A DNA stretch of 62,057 bases, filler included. It is 7 parts of 7 records of this genome, joined end to end, with 100 filler letters (N's around TTAATTAATTAA, not from the genome) between each part and the next. Parts side by side here need not be neighbours in the genome. Positions count along the whole stretch, not along the records: positions 1 to 12,720 come from SRR31147125_3987; 6 more parts are not named here. One strand, 5' to 3'. Shown here piece after piece: positions 1-10,356 of this stretch (position 1 is its first letter; each line of letters opens with the position of its first letter). A model generated the notes under the pieces. It saw only the letters and a list, made by a program, of their open reading frames with translations, was not told the origin of the DNA and made no database searches. The translations under genes were made by a program, and so were the position numbers.

Positions 1-629
1 AAAGAGGTAAAGAGAGAGTTCGAGAAATCCTAATGTATTCAAAAGATTATAATGAAGAAACAAAGAGTATTATGTATTTCCAAAGCCCGTCAGATGTAAA
101 AGGTACAGGGTTTTTAAGTTACGATTATGATGATGAAAACAGAGATGATGACAGATGGCTATATCTACCAGCGCTGAGAAAGGTTAGAAGAATATCCAGC
201 TCAAATAAGAATGATTACTTTATGGGAACTGACTTCACATATGATGATATGGGAGGTAGAGAGGTTGAGGAGGATACCCATAGATTAATTGGTGAGGAGA
301 AAGTAAACAACTATGATTGTTGGATTGTTGAGAGTACCCCTGTGGATAAAAAAGAGAGTAATTATTCCAAAACAGTTAAATGGATTAGAAAAGATATTAA
401 TCTGATTATTAAAATGGATTTTTACAATAAAAAAAGTGATTTAAGCAAAAAAATGGAAGTTTTAAATATTAAAAAACAAGATGGTATCTGGACAGGATTT
501 AAAAGAGTAATGGACAATATTGAAGATAGTCATAAAACAATACTTGAAACTCAGGATATGACATATAATTTACCAATAAAAGATAAACTATTTAAAGTGT
601 CAACTATTCAGAGAGGTAGATTGAAATGA
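1..629 (+). CDS. Outer membrane lipoprotein-sorting (LolA-like) protein, 5' truncated
   Basis: Motifs SPSDVKGTGFL, DDRWLYLPALRKVRRI and FMGTDFTYDDM; the frame is open upstream of ATG 33 to the window edge (RGKERVREILM). Confidence 0.85.
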   Translation, partial: RGKERVREILMYSKDYNEETKSIMYFQSPSDVKGTGFLSYDYDDENRDDDRWLYLPALRKVRRISSSNKNDYFMGTDFTYDDMGGREVEEDTHRLIGEEKVNNYDCWIVESTPVDKKESNYSKTVKWIRKDINLIIKMDFYNKKSDLSKKMEVLNIKKQDGIWTGFKRVMDNIEDSHKTILETQDMTYNLPIKDKLFKVSTIQRGRLK

Positions 630-1789
630 AAAAACTGATACTGTTTTTACTAATTGTTTGCACAACTTTCAATCTTTATGCAGAGCTAGAGTTAGATGGT
701 TTTCTGGATATAGAAAAATCTATCAGATTAGAAGATGATTATGATTATTTAATCTCAAAAAATAGAGCCAGATTTAATATAAAAGATGACTATGATAACT
801 ACTCAGTATTTTTATCCCTTAACGCTGTTACAAACAATATAAGTGAAACAGAAGAGATTGAACTACATGAAGTATATATAGATTATTACGGTGAAATATG
901 GGAACTAAGAGTTGGTAGACAGATCAATACATGGGGAAAAGCTGATGGTATCAGAATAACAGATGTGATAAATCCGGTTGATTATAGTGAATTTATAATT
1001 AGGGATTTTGATGATCTGAGAATCCCCACTGATATGGTGAGAGTGAGAAGGTTGGGAGATATATCTGATCTGGAAATAATATGGATTCCTGAGTTCAAAT
1101 CCAATATTGCCCCGTCGAAGTGGAAAACAAGTAGTTCTACTGCTGAAATAACAACACCTGAAAAAAATCTGGAGAATAGTGAAATTGGAGCAAGAAGTTC
1201 ATTTTATCTATCATCATTAGATTTTTCCATAGCTGCATTCTATACATGGAATGATTTACCTGTAATGAAAATATCCAATGATAACTTAACTGGAGAATTC
1301 AAAAGAGATAAATTTATTGGAGCTGATATTGCGAAACCAGTTGGTAGTTTCGTAATAAGAGCTGAAACCGCTTATCATCCTGACAGATATTTTTCTAGAA
1401 AAAACTATAGTGGTGATTATATACAGAAAGATCTGGCTAAACTGCTGCTTGGATTAGACTGGAATCCTGGTAATAGCTTAATGATAACAGGGCAACTTGC
1501 AGGGGAGCTAGTAGTTGATTATGATAAGGATACATCTCAAGATGAGTTTACACCTATGTTTACTTTAAATATATCAAAGAAATATATGAATGATACACTT
1601 GAGTTTGCAAACTTCACATATCTGGAGCTCGATAAAGATAGCATGTATAACAAATTTGAAGTAATACGTAATTTTACAGATACATTTGAGTTAACAGGAG
1701 CTATTGATCTATTCGCAGGTTCAGAAGGAACATTTGGAGTTTATGAAGATAACTCTCAATTAAGAGTTAAAGCAAAATATTCCTTTTAA
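626..1789 (+). CDS. Outer membrane beta-barrel protein (DUF1302-like)
   Basis: Signal peptide, LRVGRQINTWGKADG...DVINP motif, C-terminal KYSF; ATGA overlap with the LolA-like gene. Confidence 0.7.
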   Translation: MKKLILFLLIVCTTFNLYAELELDGFLDIEKSIRLEDDYDYLISKNRARFNIKDDYDNYSVFLSLNAVTNNISETEEIELHEVYIDYYGEIWELRVGRQINTWGKADGIRITDVINPVDYSEFIIRDFDDLRIPTDMVRVRRLGDISDLEIIWIPEFKSNIAPSKWKTSSSTAEITTPEKNLENSEIGARSSFYLSSLDFSIAAFYTWNDLPVMKISNDNLTGEFKRDKFIGADIAKPVGSFVIRAETAYHPDRYFSRKNYSGDYIQKDLAKLLLGLDWNPGNSLMITGQLAGELVVDYDKDTSQDEFTPMFTLNISKKYMNDTLEFANFTYLELDKDSMYNKFEVIRNFTDTFELTGAIDLFAGSEGTFGVYEDNSQLRVKAKYSF

Positions 1790-1862
1790 TCTTACATGAA
1801 ACTTTTACAAAAGGTGTAGTTTTTTAATAGGTTCTGACGTTATGCAAAACTCTTTATATATA

Positions 1863-1902
1863 AATACCCCGTTTAAAAGATTATTCTCTTAAACGGGGTA
1901 TT
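1863..1902. terminator. Intrinsic terminator hairpin between convergent genes
   Basis: AATACCCCGTTTAA...TTAAACGGGGTATT inverted repeat. Confidence 0.8.
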
Positions 1903-1919
1903 CTTCATTTAGAAAGTAT

Positions 1920-2566
1920 TTATAAATTATTAATTAATTTCAAATTCAGTTTATTTAGGTCATCTACTACCAGATCTGCTTTTGACAGATCCTGATTCCC
2001 GGAATTAGATTTATATAGCCGATACATTTCATTCCGCCTTTTTTTGCTGCAATTGTTCCACTTTTTGAGTCCTCAATTACCACACATTTATCAGGCTTTA
2101 CATTTAGCATCTCTGACATCTTAAGAAAAACATCTGGCTCAGGTTTACTTCTCTTAACCTCTTCACCACTTATCCATGTATCAAAATACTCTCTTATCGC
2201 AATTTTATCTATTACAGCTTCAATAAATACTCTCGGTGATGATGATGCTATTCCCAGTGGAATATTATGAGCCTTAATCTCTTTTAGCAATTTCTTAACT
2301 CCGGAAATTGCTTCAAAATTACCTTCCCTAAGATATTTCAACTTAATATCAAGTTGAATTTTAATTAACTCATCAATACTTTTCTCTATTTCAAAATCAC
2401 TTTTTATAATCTCCCACATAGCAGGATTTGTATAACCGACAAAGTTTTCGAGATAATCTTCTGACTTATTAATTCCTAACTCTTTCAGAACTAATTTATC
2501 AACTTCAAAGTGTAATGGCTCACTATCAATTAAAACTCCATCCATATCAAATATGATTGCTTCCAT
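1920..2566 (-). CDS. HAD-superfamily phosphatase (beta-PGM/CbbY-like); 1-nt frameshift near 2005
   Basis: FDMDGVLIDSE, SKPEPD and IEDS motifs; the alternative frame gives the expected end NSGNQDLSKADLVVDDL to a stop at 1920. Confidence 0.9.
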
Positions 2567-2579
2567 CTAAACTCCTATT

Positions 2580-2996
2580 CTAATTTATAATATTTTGCTT
2601 CTCTAGATATTTAACAGATCTTCCAACAAGTATAATTTTTTTATCATTTAAGTAAAATGTTAATTTTCGAATAAATTTACCAGAAAAAGCTCTCATCTCT
2701 ATGTCATCCCACTTAATATATAGAGGAGGATGAAATATTCTATATACAAAAAGAGGTGTGATTTTGATTCCATCATGGTAGATTGAAACATTAACACAGC
2801 TTTTATATGAAGTCCAAAGCCCTATTCTTAGTGACTGAATTTTAAAGCTCTTTTCATAATTTAACTCTTTAAAAGCTTCGTTGTACCTCTTTGATAGAGA
2901 ATGCCATCCTCCAATAAAAGAAACCAGTGCAACGATACCTACCCAAACAACAATAAAAAACAATATAAAATATGAAACCTCAACAAATTCGCCCAT
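2580..2996 (-). CDS. Hypothetical membrane protein
   Basis: N-terminal TM followed by GGWHSLSKRY and FHPPLYIKW; ATG 2996 follows GGAGG. Confidence 0.65.
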   Translation of the reverse strand: MGEFVEVSYFILFFIVVWVGIVALVSFIGGWHSLSKRYNEAFKELNYEKSFKIQSLRIGLWTSYKSCVNVSIYHDGIKITPLFVYRIFHPPLYIKWDDIEMRAFSGKFIRKLTFYLNDKKIILVGRSVKYLEKQNIIN

Positions 2997-2997
2997 A

Positions 2998-3546
2998 TTA
3001 ATTTCCTCCTTTTGTTCCCTCATCAAATGAGACATTGAAGCACTCTCTGTTATTACAATAACCTTTAATAAAACTCTCTTCCCTTATAATACTTACAGGC
3101 TCACCTCCAAAAATTGGCGAAGTAAATCTGACCTCAATATTTTCACTTTTTGTTAATTCACAAAGTTTTTTTAGTATCAGAAAGCCTTGTACAATTGGTT
3201 TTTCAGTTAGGTGCATGGGATCAAAGTCTCCAGTGTCATAACTAAACTTAGCAACCTCTTTCTTGGTAAAAGTGTACCAATATTCACCATCAATTTTTTG
3301 TTCCTCTAAATCTACATTAATTTTAGGATTTCGCATTAAATATACAATTAAATCTTCGCAAAGTTCATCGGCAAAATACCCTTTACAACTGCTTACACAT
3401 AAGTGTTTATTATCTTTCAAAGTGTCAACTTCATAATATTGGGCATTTATATCCAGATTAAATTTTTGATATCTAACTTTTGCAATCATTGCGCCTTCAT
3501 AGTCTAAATTCTCCTGTGTTGAATATGCTTCAAATAGTTTTAACAT
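2998..3546 (-). CDS. Hypothetical protein with a C-terminal MaoC-like (hot-dog fold) region
   Basis: AKFSYDTGDFDPMH...PIVQG and VRFTSPIFGG resemble MaoC motifs; AGGAG RBS. Confidence 0.5.
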   Translation of the reverse strand: MLKLFEAYSTQENLDYEGAMIAKVRYQKFNLDINAQYYEVDTLKDNKHLCVSSCKGYFADELCEDLIVYLMRNPKINVDLEEQKIDGEYWYTFTKKEVAKFSYDTGDFDPMHLTEKPIVQGFLILKKLCELTKSENIEVRFTSPIFGGEPVSIIREESFIKGYCNNRECFNVSFDEGTKGGN

Positions 3547-4240
3547 CTTTATCTCCTTAAGAAAAATTATATACTAAAGTTAATATTACACACTCCATTA
3601 TTATATAACCTTTTTCTTAAAATTTCACTATAAATCGTTAAAAACATTATTAAAACAGTGACAATAAAACTATTTTCTAGAATATCGTTTGAAAATTGAA
3701 ACTAAAAACTAAAAACAAACGCTTTATTTCAAAATTCTAAATCCTTCTGACTTACTTTTATTTATACTCCAGTGTCATCCCAACACCAACTTCTTGAATA
3801 TCAACAGCTTGGGATAATTCTATTTTTGATTTCAAATCTGTAAAGTACATGCATGAACTTGCTTTAACTCACGACATATTCCATTTTCGTTTAATTTCAC
3901 TATTTCTCATTTGTTTGAGTTTAAGAATATACTCATTATAATCACAAAAATATAAGCCGCATAAAGAGTATAACTTGCATTCTGTAGTCACTTCATCAAT
4001 TGTAAAAATCACAAGTCTATAAAATTAAATTATATCATTTTCAAATCTCGCACTCAATAAAAATTAATCAAAATAGTCTATCAAAAGCAAAAACTAATCT
4101 AAAAGAAATATAGATTTAAATTTATCTATAATAATAATTTGAATTTTTCTTATATTATAAATCATTAATTATAATTCTTTAAGATAAAAGGAGAATAAAT
4201 ATGTGAGAGAAATCGTATTGAAATAGATAGTAATAAGATC

Positions 4241-4279
4241 AAAATGATCTGAGTAAAATTGCTTTACTCAGATCATTTT
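4241..4279. terminator. Terminator hairpin after the sugar ABC operon
   Basis: AAAATGATCTGAGTAAA-attgc-TTTACTCAGATCATTTT perfect inverted repeat. Confidence 0.85.
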
Positions 4280-4343
4280 TTATTTAGAATATCCATTAAT
4301 TAATAAAATCATCAAATTAATAACTACATTTTATGCAAAATAT

Positions 4344-5312
4344 TTATTTCTTCTTTTTTATGACTAAAAGTCTCTGGATGATAATGAATGTACATAATAA
4401 CATTCCCAAAACTATTTTTGTCCACCAAGAACTCAGAGTCCCATCAAACATAATTATTGTTTGTATACTTCCATATATCATTACTCCAAATAAAGTCCCA
4501 GTCATAAGCCCAACACCACCAGTTAGAAGTGTTCCACCTATTACTGAAGAGGCTATTGCATCCATTTCCAGGCCGTTAGCGTGTAGACCATAGCCTGACA
4601 ACATATAAAGGCTAAATATAATTCCTGCAATCGATGAGTAAACACCGCTAAGAGTGTATACCATAACTTTGGTTCTGGCAACAGGTAGGCCCATCATTTT
4701 AGCTGATTGCTCATTTCCACCTATTGCATATACATTTCTCCCGAATTTAGTAAATCGTGAGATATAGATAGATATAAACAACATGGTAAAAGCAAGAATT
4801 ACATTAATATTTAAGAAAGAACCTCCAAAGAAGGGTATTCTTATTTGGGATAAAGTAGTATAAAATTTATTATCAATAATAATAGTATCACCAGAGATTA
4901 TATAAGTTAGTCCTCTTGCAAAATACATTCCTGCCAGTGTTACAATGAAGGGTTCTAGTTTCATATAATGTATAAACATGCCATGAGCCGTTCCTATCAA
5001 TCCCCCAACTAATATAACGATTGGGATTACTAATAAAGGAGGCATATGCATGACTTTCAGCATGTGAGCAGACATCATACAAACTAACGAAACTACAGCT
5101 CCTACAGATAGATCTATACCACCTATTATCAATACAAAAGTCATACCTAATGCAGTAACAATAAGAAAAGCGTTGTCAATAAAAAGATTCATTATAACAT
5201 ACATTGAGAAAAATCCCGGATAAGCAACTGATGCTCCGCCAAAAAGAATTGTAAAAATTAGTATAGTTATAAATACTGTATAATATTGGGGTTTTACATT
5301 TAATTTTGTCAT
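4344..5312 (-). CDS. yjfF: Sugar (galactofuranose/arabinose-type) ABC permease
   Basis: GGIDLSVG, YAIGGNE and ASSVIGGTLLTGGVG motifs; hydrophobic. Confidence 0.9.
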   Translation of the reverse strand: MTKLNVKPQYYTVFITILIFTILFGGASVAYPGFFSMYVIMNLFIDNAFLIVTALGMTFVLIIGGIDLSVGAVVSLVCMMSAHMLKVMHMPPLLVIPIVILVGGLIGTAHGMFIHYMKLEPFIVTLAGMYFARGLTYIISGDTIIIDNKFYTTLSQIRIPFFGGSFLNINVILAFTMLFISIYISRFTKFGRNVYAIGGNEQSAKMMGLPVARTKVMVYTLSGVYSSIAGIIFSLYMLSGYGLHANGLEMDAIASSVIGGTLLTGGVGLMTGTLFGVMIYGSIQTIIMFDGTLSSWWTKIVLGMLLCTFIIIQRLLVIKKKK

Positions 5313-6373
5313 TTAGCAGCCTCCTTTGTCTTTAAATTATTTTCAACATATTTTTTTCGCGAATAACTCTTTATTAATTTTTTTATCTCTTTTGATTGAA
5401 GAAAGAATATAGCTATGATAACTAGTGATTTGATAAATGTCATAACATATGGCGAAACTCCCACAGAGTACATTGTTGTAGTCAAACACTGGATAGTAAG
5501 AGCTCCTATAATACTACCAGGTAAATTAAATTTTCCACCTTTTAGAGATGTTCCTCCTATAACAACTGCTAATATTGCATCTAATTCCATAAATAGACCT
5601 GCATTATTAGCATCAGCACTTTTGACATTTGATGCAATAAGAAGTCCAGCTATTCCTGCGCATAATCCGCTGAATACATAAGCATAAAATTTTATTTTAT
5701 TTACATTTATACCAGCTATTTTACTTGAAGTAGAATTACAACCTACTGATTCGATGAAAAGTCCTAGAGCTGTTTTCTTTAATATCAGCATAGTTACTAT
5801 GAATACAAAAGCTGCAATATATATTGAGAAAGGCAGACCTAAAATATATCCGTTACTTCCCAAGAAGAAAAATGCAGGATATTTAATATATAAAATTTGT
5901 CCATTTGTTATTAGTTGAGCTATTCCCCGTCCTGCTACCATCAGGATTAATGTTGCAACAACTGGTTGAACGCCAATTTTTGCAACGAGTAAGCCGTTCC
6001 ATGCTCCCAGCAGCAACGAGACTATAAGTGAAGCGAATATAGCAGGTAATAAACCGATGTTTGGAGTTGCACTTTCTGCAAAAATAGCCGCTGAAACAGC
6101 ACCAGAGATAGCAACTACTGCTCCTACAGATATATCTATTCCTCCACCACCAGTTGCAATAACCAGAGTAAGTCCGATTGATAGTAACATTAAATATGTT
6201 GATCTATTTAAAACATCAATCATACTACCAAAAAAATGACCATCTTTCATGCTAATAGAGAAGAAATCTCTATTAAAAAGAACGTTAAAAAAGATAACTA
6301 CTCCAAATACAAGCAAAGGAAGAAATATTCTTGAATTGACTATTTTTTTTATAAGATTGTCGTTATTGTCCAT
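5309..6373 (-). CDS. ytfT: Sugar ABC permease
   Basis: GIDISVGAV and ELDAILAVVIGGT motifs. Confidence 0.88.
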   Translation of the reverse strand: MDNNDNLIKKIVNSRIFLPLLVFGVVIFFNVLFNRDFFSISMKDGHFFGSMIDVLNRSTYLMLLSIGLTLVIATGGGGIDISVGAVVAISGAVSAAIFAESATPNIGLLPAIFASLIVSLLLGAWNGLLVAKIGVQPVVATLILMVAGRGIAQLITNGQILYIKYPAFFFLGSNGYILGLPFSIYIAAFVFIVTMLILKKTALGLFIESVGCNSTSSKIAGINVNKIKFYAYVFSGLCAGIAGLLIASNVKSADANNAGLFMELDAILAVVIGGTSLKGGKFNLPGSIIGALTIQCLTTTMYSVGVSPYVMTFIKSLVIIAIFFLQSKEIKKLIKSYSRKKYVENNLKTKEAAK

Positions 6374-7884
6374 TACACTATCCCTCCTGCAATTGCTTTC
6401 ATTATGTTGCTTTCATTTATTTTATCATCATCTAATTGAGCAATAATTTCTCTATCACGTAGAACCATGACTCTATCGCAGCATCTGACTGTCTCTTCCA
6501 GTTCGGATGAAATAAATAGAACAGCCATGTTTTTTTTCGCTAGTTTTAGTATTAATTTTTGTATTTCAGCTTTTGCTCCTACATCTATTCCCCGTGTTGG
6601 TTCATCTAGAATTAGTAAATCAGGCTCTGTAATCAACCATCTTGCCAAAAGTACTTTTTGTTGATTTCCTCCACTTAAATTTTTAATTAATTGATTAGAA
6701 CCAGATGTTTTTATATTCAAAAGTTCTATGTATTCATCAGCTATCTTCTCCTGCTCTTTTTTACTTATATTTACACCGATACCTTTTTTAGCCTGAAGAG
6801 CAAGGATGATATTTTCTCGAACAGTCAAATCTTCCACAATTCCTTCAGTCTTCCTATTTTCAGAACAAAAAGCCAATCCGTTCTTTATTGCCGTAATTGG
6901 ATTTTTCATAGTTATTTCTTTTCCCTTTATCTTAATTTGACCACTATCACTCTTATCAGCTCCGTATATTAACCTAGCTATTTCTGTCCTACCTGAGCCA
7001 AGTAAACCTGCTAGTCCTAGAATTTCTCCTTTGGATATATTTATATCAAAAGCTCCTATGACACCTTTGTTTGAAAGCCCTTTTCCTTCCAATAAAAGAC
7101 TACTACTCTCTTTTTGATGTGTTAGCTTTTCTTGCTTAATGCTAGAAAACTCTTCAAACTTTCTTCCTATCATTTTAGAGACTAACTTTACTCTGGGAAG
7201 CTCTGCAATAGGGTAACTTCCTACCTGTTCTCCATTTCTCAGGACAGTTACTCTATCAGAGACACGATATACTTGATCCATAAAGTGTGTGACGAAAATA
7301 ATAGCCATTCCTTCTGATTTTAATTTTTCCATAATTTGGAATAACTCTTTAACTTCCTCATTATCCAGGCTTGATGTTGGTTCGTCTAATATCAGTACTT
7401 TTGCAGATACGTCAACAGCTCTTGCTATTGCTACCATTTGTTGAATAGCAACGGAATATGAATCTAAAGTTCTAGTAACATCTATATCAATGTTAATTTT
7501 TTTCAAACTTATCTCTGCTCTTTTATTAATCTCTTTCCAGTTGATAACTCCTCTTTTTATTATCTCTCTACCGATGAACATATTTTCAGCTACAGAAAGA
7601 TTGGGACATAAATTTACCTCTTGATATACAGTGCTTATACCTAGACTTTGAGCATGTTGCGTTGATTTTGCTTGAATTTTATTTCCATCTAGATATACAT
7701 CACCAGAATCAATGCTTTCTACTCCTGTAAGTACTTTTATTAGTGTCGATTTACCAGCTCCATTTTCCCCCATCAAAGCATGAATTTCTCCGGGATAAAG
7801 TGTCATATCTACATCAGAAAGTGCTCTTACACCTGGAAATGTTTTGTATATTTTCTTCATCTCCAATATTGGATTTGTATTCAA
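6373..7884 (-). CDS. ytfR: Sugar ABC ATP-binding protein (two NBDs)
   Basis: GENGAGKST, LDEPT, LSGGNQQK and DEPTRGIDVGAK; TTG start. Confidence 0.92.
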   Translation of the reverse strand: MNTNPILEMKKIYKTFPGVRALSDVDMTLYPGEIHALMGENGAGKSTLIKVLTGVESIDSGDVYLDGNKIQAKSTQHAQSLGISTVYQEVNLCPNLSVAENMFIGREIIKRGVINWKEINKRAEISLKKINIDIDVTRTLDSYSVAIQQMVAIARAVDVSAKVLILDEPTSSLDNEEVKELFQIMEKLKSEGMAIIFVTHFMDQVYRVSDRVTVLRNGEQVGSYPIAELPRVKLVSKMIGRKFEEFSSIKQEKLTHQKESSSLLLEGKGLSNKGVIGAFDINISKGEILGLAGLLGSGRTEIARLIYGADKSDSGQIKIKGKEITMKNPITAIKNGLAFCSENRKTEGIVEDLTVRENIILALQAKKGIGVNISKKEQEKIADEYIELLNIKTSGSNQLIKNLSGGNQQKVLLARWLITEPDLLILDEPTRGIDVGAKAEIQKLILKLAKKNMAVLFISSELEETVRCCDRVMVLRDREIIAQLDDDKINESNIMKAIAGGIV

Positions 7885-7955
7885 TTCACTTCCCCTCCTT
7901 TTTCGTTAATTGCATATTAATATTTTTTATATAATTACATAACCTTACTTAAAGT

Positions 7956-8005
7956 AATAGCTCCACATCAATTAGATAACTTTCGACAATTGACATGAAG
8001 CTATT
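7956..8005 (-). promoter_or_regulatory. Long intra-operon stem-loop after the binding-protein gene (mRNA stabiliser or partial terminator)
   Basis: Minus strand AUAGCUUCAUGUCAAUU...AAUUGAUGUGGAGCUAU pairs fully when G-U is allowed, and only on the minus strand. Confidence 0.6.
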
Positions 8006-8096
8006 TATTGGAGCCTGAGTAAAAAGTCTATTTTACTTAAACTATTTTAAGTCAGACTCTTGTTGGGTGGCATAATATTACTCGAGTAAAAAACGC

Positions 8097-9050
8097 TTAA
8101 TATTTTCTATTTGGTAATTCTCTCTTAGCTACATCCATTCTGTATATTCCTTCATCAGATTTTATCCATTTTGGTAGAGTTTTTCCTGCAGCTAATTCTT
8201 TTGCAGCTTTCATAATTTGAGGCCCTAACAGTGGATTACATTCAACCGTTACATTTGCTTTTCCATCTGCCATTGCTTCAAAGATTCCTTTTACTCCATC
8301 AATTGATACTATTTTGATATCTTTACCTGGTTTTAATCCATATTCTTCTATCGCTTGAATTGCTCCTAGAGCCATATCATCGTTATGAGCATAAAGACCA
8401 TCTATTTTATTTCCATATTTTTTTAAGAATGATTCCATAACTTCTTTTCCTTTAGCAATTGTGAAATTTCCAGATTGAGAAGCTAACATCTTGATATCAC
8501 GATGTTTCGATATCTCTTTTGCAAATCCATTTAATCTATCTACTTGAGCTGATGATCCAACAGTTCCTTGTAACTCAACTATATTTCCTTTTCCTTTTAA
8601 TAAACTAGCCATCTCTTTTGCAGCATTTTCTCCTTCTAATGGGAAGTCAGACCCAATAAATGTACTATATAAACTATCATCTGCAACTTTTATTGTTCTA
8701 TCTACAATAATTACAGGTATTCCGGCTCTTTTTGCTTCTTGTAATGCTGTATCCCAACCACTTTCTACAACAGGAGCAACTGCAATAACATCGACTCTTT
8801 GAGCGATAAATGCTCTTATTGCTTTTAATTGATTCTCTTGTTTTTGTTGAGCATCAGAGAATTTTAATTTAACCTTGGCTTTTTTAGCAGCCGCTTTAAT
8901 AGACGCTGTTTCTGCCGTTCTCCAACCACTTTCGGCACCTATTTGTGAAAATCCCAACACCAGCTTTTTAGTTCTTGCACTTGCAACAGCACCAAACATT
9001 AACATCATTACAGTAATAATTCCAAGTAAAATCCTTCTTCTTTGACTCAT
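8097..9050 (-). CDS. ytfQ: Sugar ABC substrate-binding protein
   Basis: GFSQIGAESGWR, DAQQKQENQ, AHNDDMALGA and VECNPLLGP motifs; signal peptide. Confidence 0.92.
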   Translation of the reverse strand: MSQRRRILLGIITVMMLMFGAVASARTKKLVLGFSQIGAESGWRTAETASIKAAAKKAKVKLKFSDAQQKQENQLKAIRAFIAQRVDVIAVAPVVESGWDTALQEAKRAGIPVIIVDRTIKVADDSLYSTFIGSDFPLEGENAAKEMASLLKGKGNIVELQGTVGSSAQVDRLNGFAKEISKHRDIKMLASQSGNFTIAKGKEVMESFLKKYGNKIDGLYAHNDDMALGAIQAIEEYGLKPGKDIKIVSIDGVKGIFEAMADGKANVTVECNPLLGPQIMKAAKELAAGKTLPKWIKSDEGIYRMDVAKRELPNRKY

Positions 9051-9201
9051 TAATAAAACCTCCTTAAGCTTTTTAAGTATTTGATCAATACTCTATAGAT
9101 ATAGTATAGCCTTAAGTTCAATAAAAAAAAATAGAATAATCTACGGATTTGGTTTGTTTTTTTACTTTATGACCTTTTATGCTACAAAAAGTTTTATTTC
9201 C

Positions 9202-10315
9202 TCAAGTTGTGCGGTATTCTGTGGGTGTTTGACCAGTAATCTTTCTAAAGATTGAACTGAAATAGTGTGAATCAGTATAACCAACACTTTCAGCAACTTC
9301 ATAAATTTTTTTGATGAGCTTTTCAACATCTCTTGAGCTTTTTTAATTCGATAATGAATTAAATAGTTTATAAAGGTTTCGCCAGTTTCATTATGAAATA
9401 TAGAACTAAAGTGATTTGGACTCATCTCAACATAATCTGCTACAACATTTAAAGACAAGTTACAATCATCGTACCTTTCCTTAATTATCTGTTTTGATTT
9501 TTCAATTATCGTTTGATATTTATTCTCTTTATGACTATCTCTGAAATTAATAATTTGTTTAAATAATTTGCTTAGTGGAACACTTAAGCTATCAATAGAG
9601 TTAAGATCAAGGCACTTTCTTTCTACTACTGAGATTTCAGGTAATACTTCTTTAACATCACAGTTTATTTTCTTTATGAAATTAGCAGCGATCATATGAG
9701 TATTAATATAGCTGTAATATGCATAGACGCATGAATAATTAGAAGTATTTCTTAAATTGGATATATATCTTTCTATGAAATTATCAATTTCATTCAAAGT
9801 TCCCAGTTTAAAAAAATCTTCGATTTTTTCATTATACAAACTGCTAAGTGAGATGTTTGAGACTCTAATCTCTTCTATAGCATCTATTAAGTTAGATCCA
9901 AGTGATAATTTTTCATACTCCCATATTTTTTTCTTTTCTCCTCATTGATTTTATTGGAGATATTGTCTAAAACCTCTTTAACTTTAGTTGCAGAAAATGG
10001 TTTTAGGATATATTCGTCAGCTCCTATGGTGAGAGCTTCTCTGGCAAAGTCAAACTCATCGTATCCCGTTAGAACCATTATCTTTATATTTGGGAATTCA
10101 CTTTTTAATATTCGACTTAGTTTCAAACCATCCATAAAGGGCATTTTAATATCTGTAATGACAATATCTGGTTTAACCTCTCTAATTAAAGGAAGAGCGA
10201 TTTCTCCATCTGGAGCATCACCAACTAATTCATATTCAATTTCATTCCAATTGATGTTTTTAATCATTCCTTTTCTAAGTATCTCTTCATCCTCAACAAT
10301 AAATACTTTATACAT
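9202..10315 (-). CDS. YesN-type response regulator (REC + AraC HTH); two homopolymer frameshifts (~9930, ~9308)
   Basis: REC (VEDEE, TDIKMPFMDG, YILKP); the corrected C-terminus reads IYEVAESVGYTDSHYFSSIFRKITGQTPTEYR. Confidence 0.88.
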
Positions 10316-10356
10316 TATTTCTCCTCCACTGTTTTGATAATAAAAATTCAAATAAT

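Noticed and set aside
3547..4240. 700-bp AT-rich gap with short minus-strand ORFs (about 47 and 30 codons)
   Set aside because: No recognisable motif, convincing RBS, repeat array or RNA structure.
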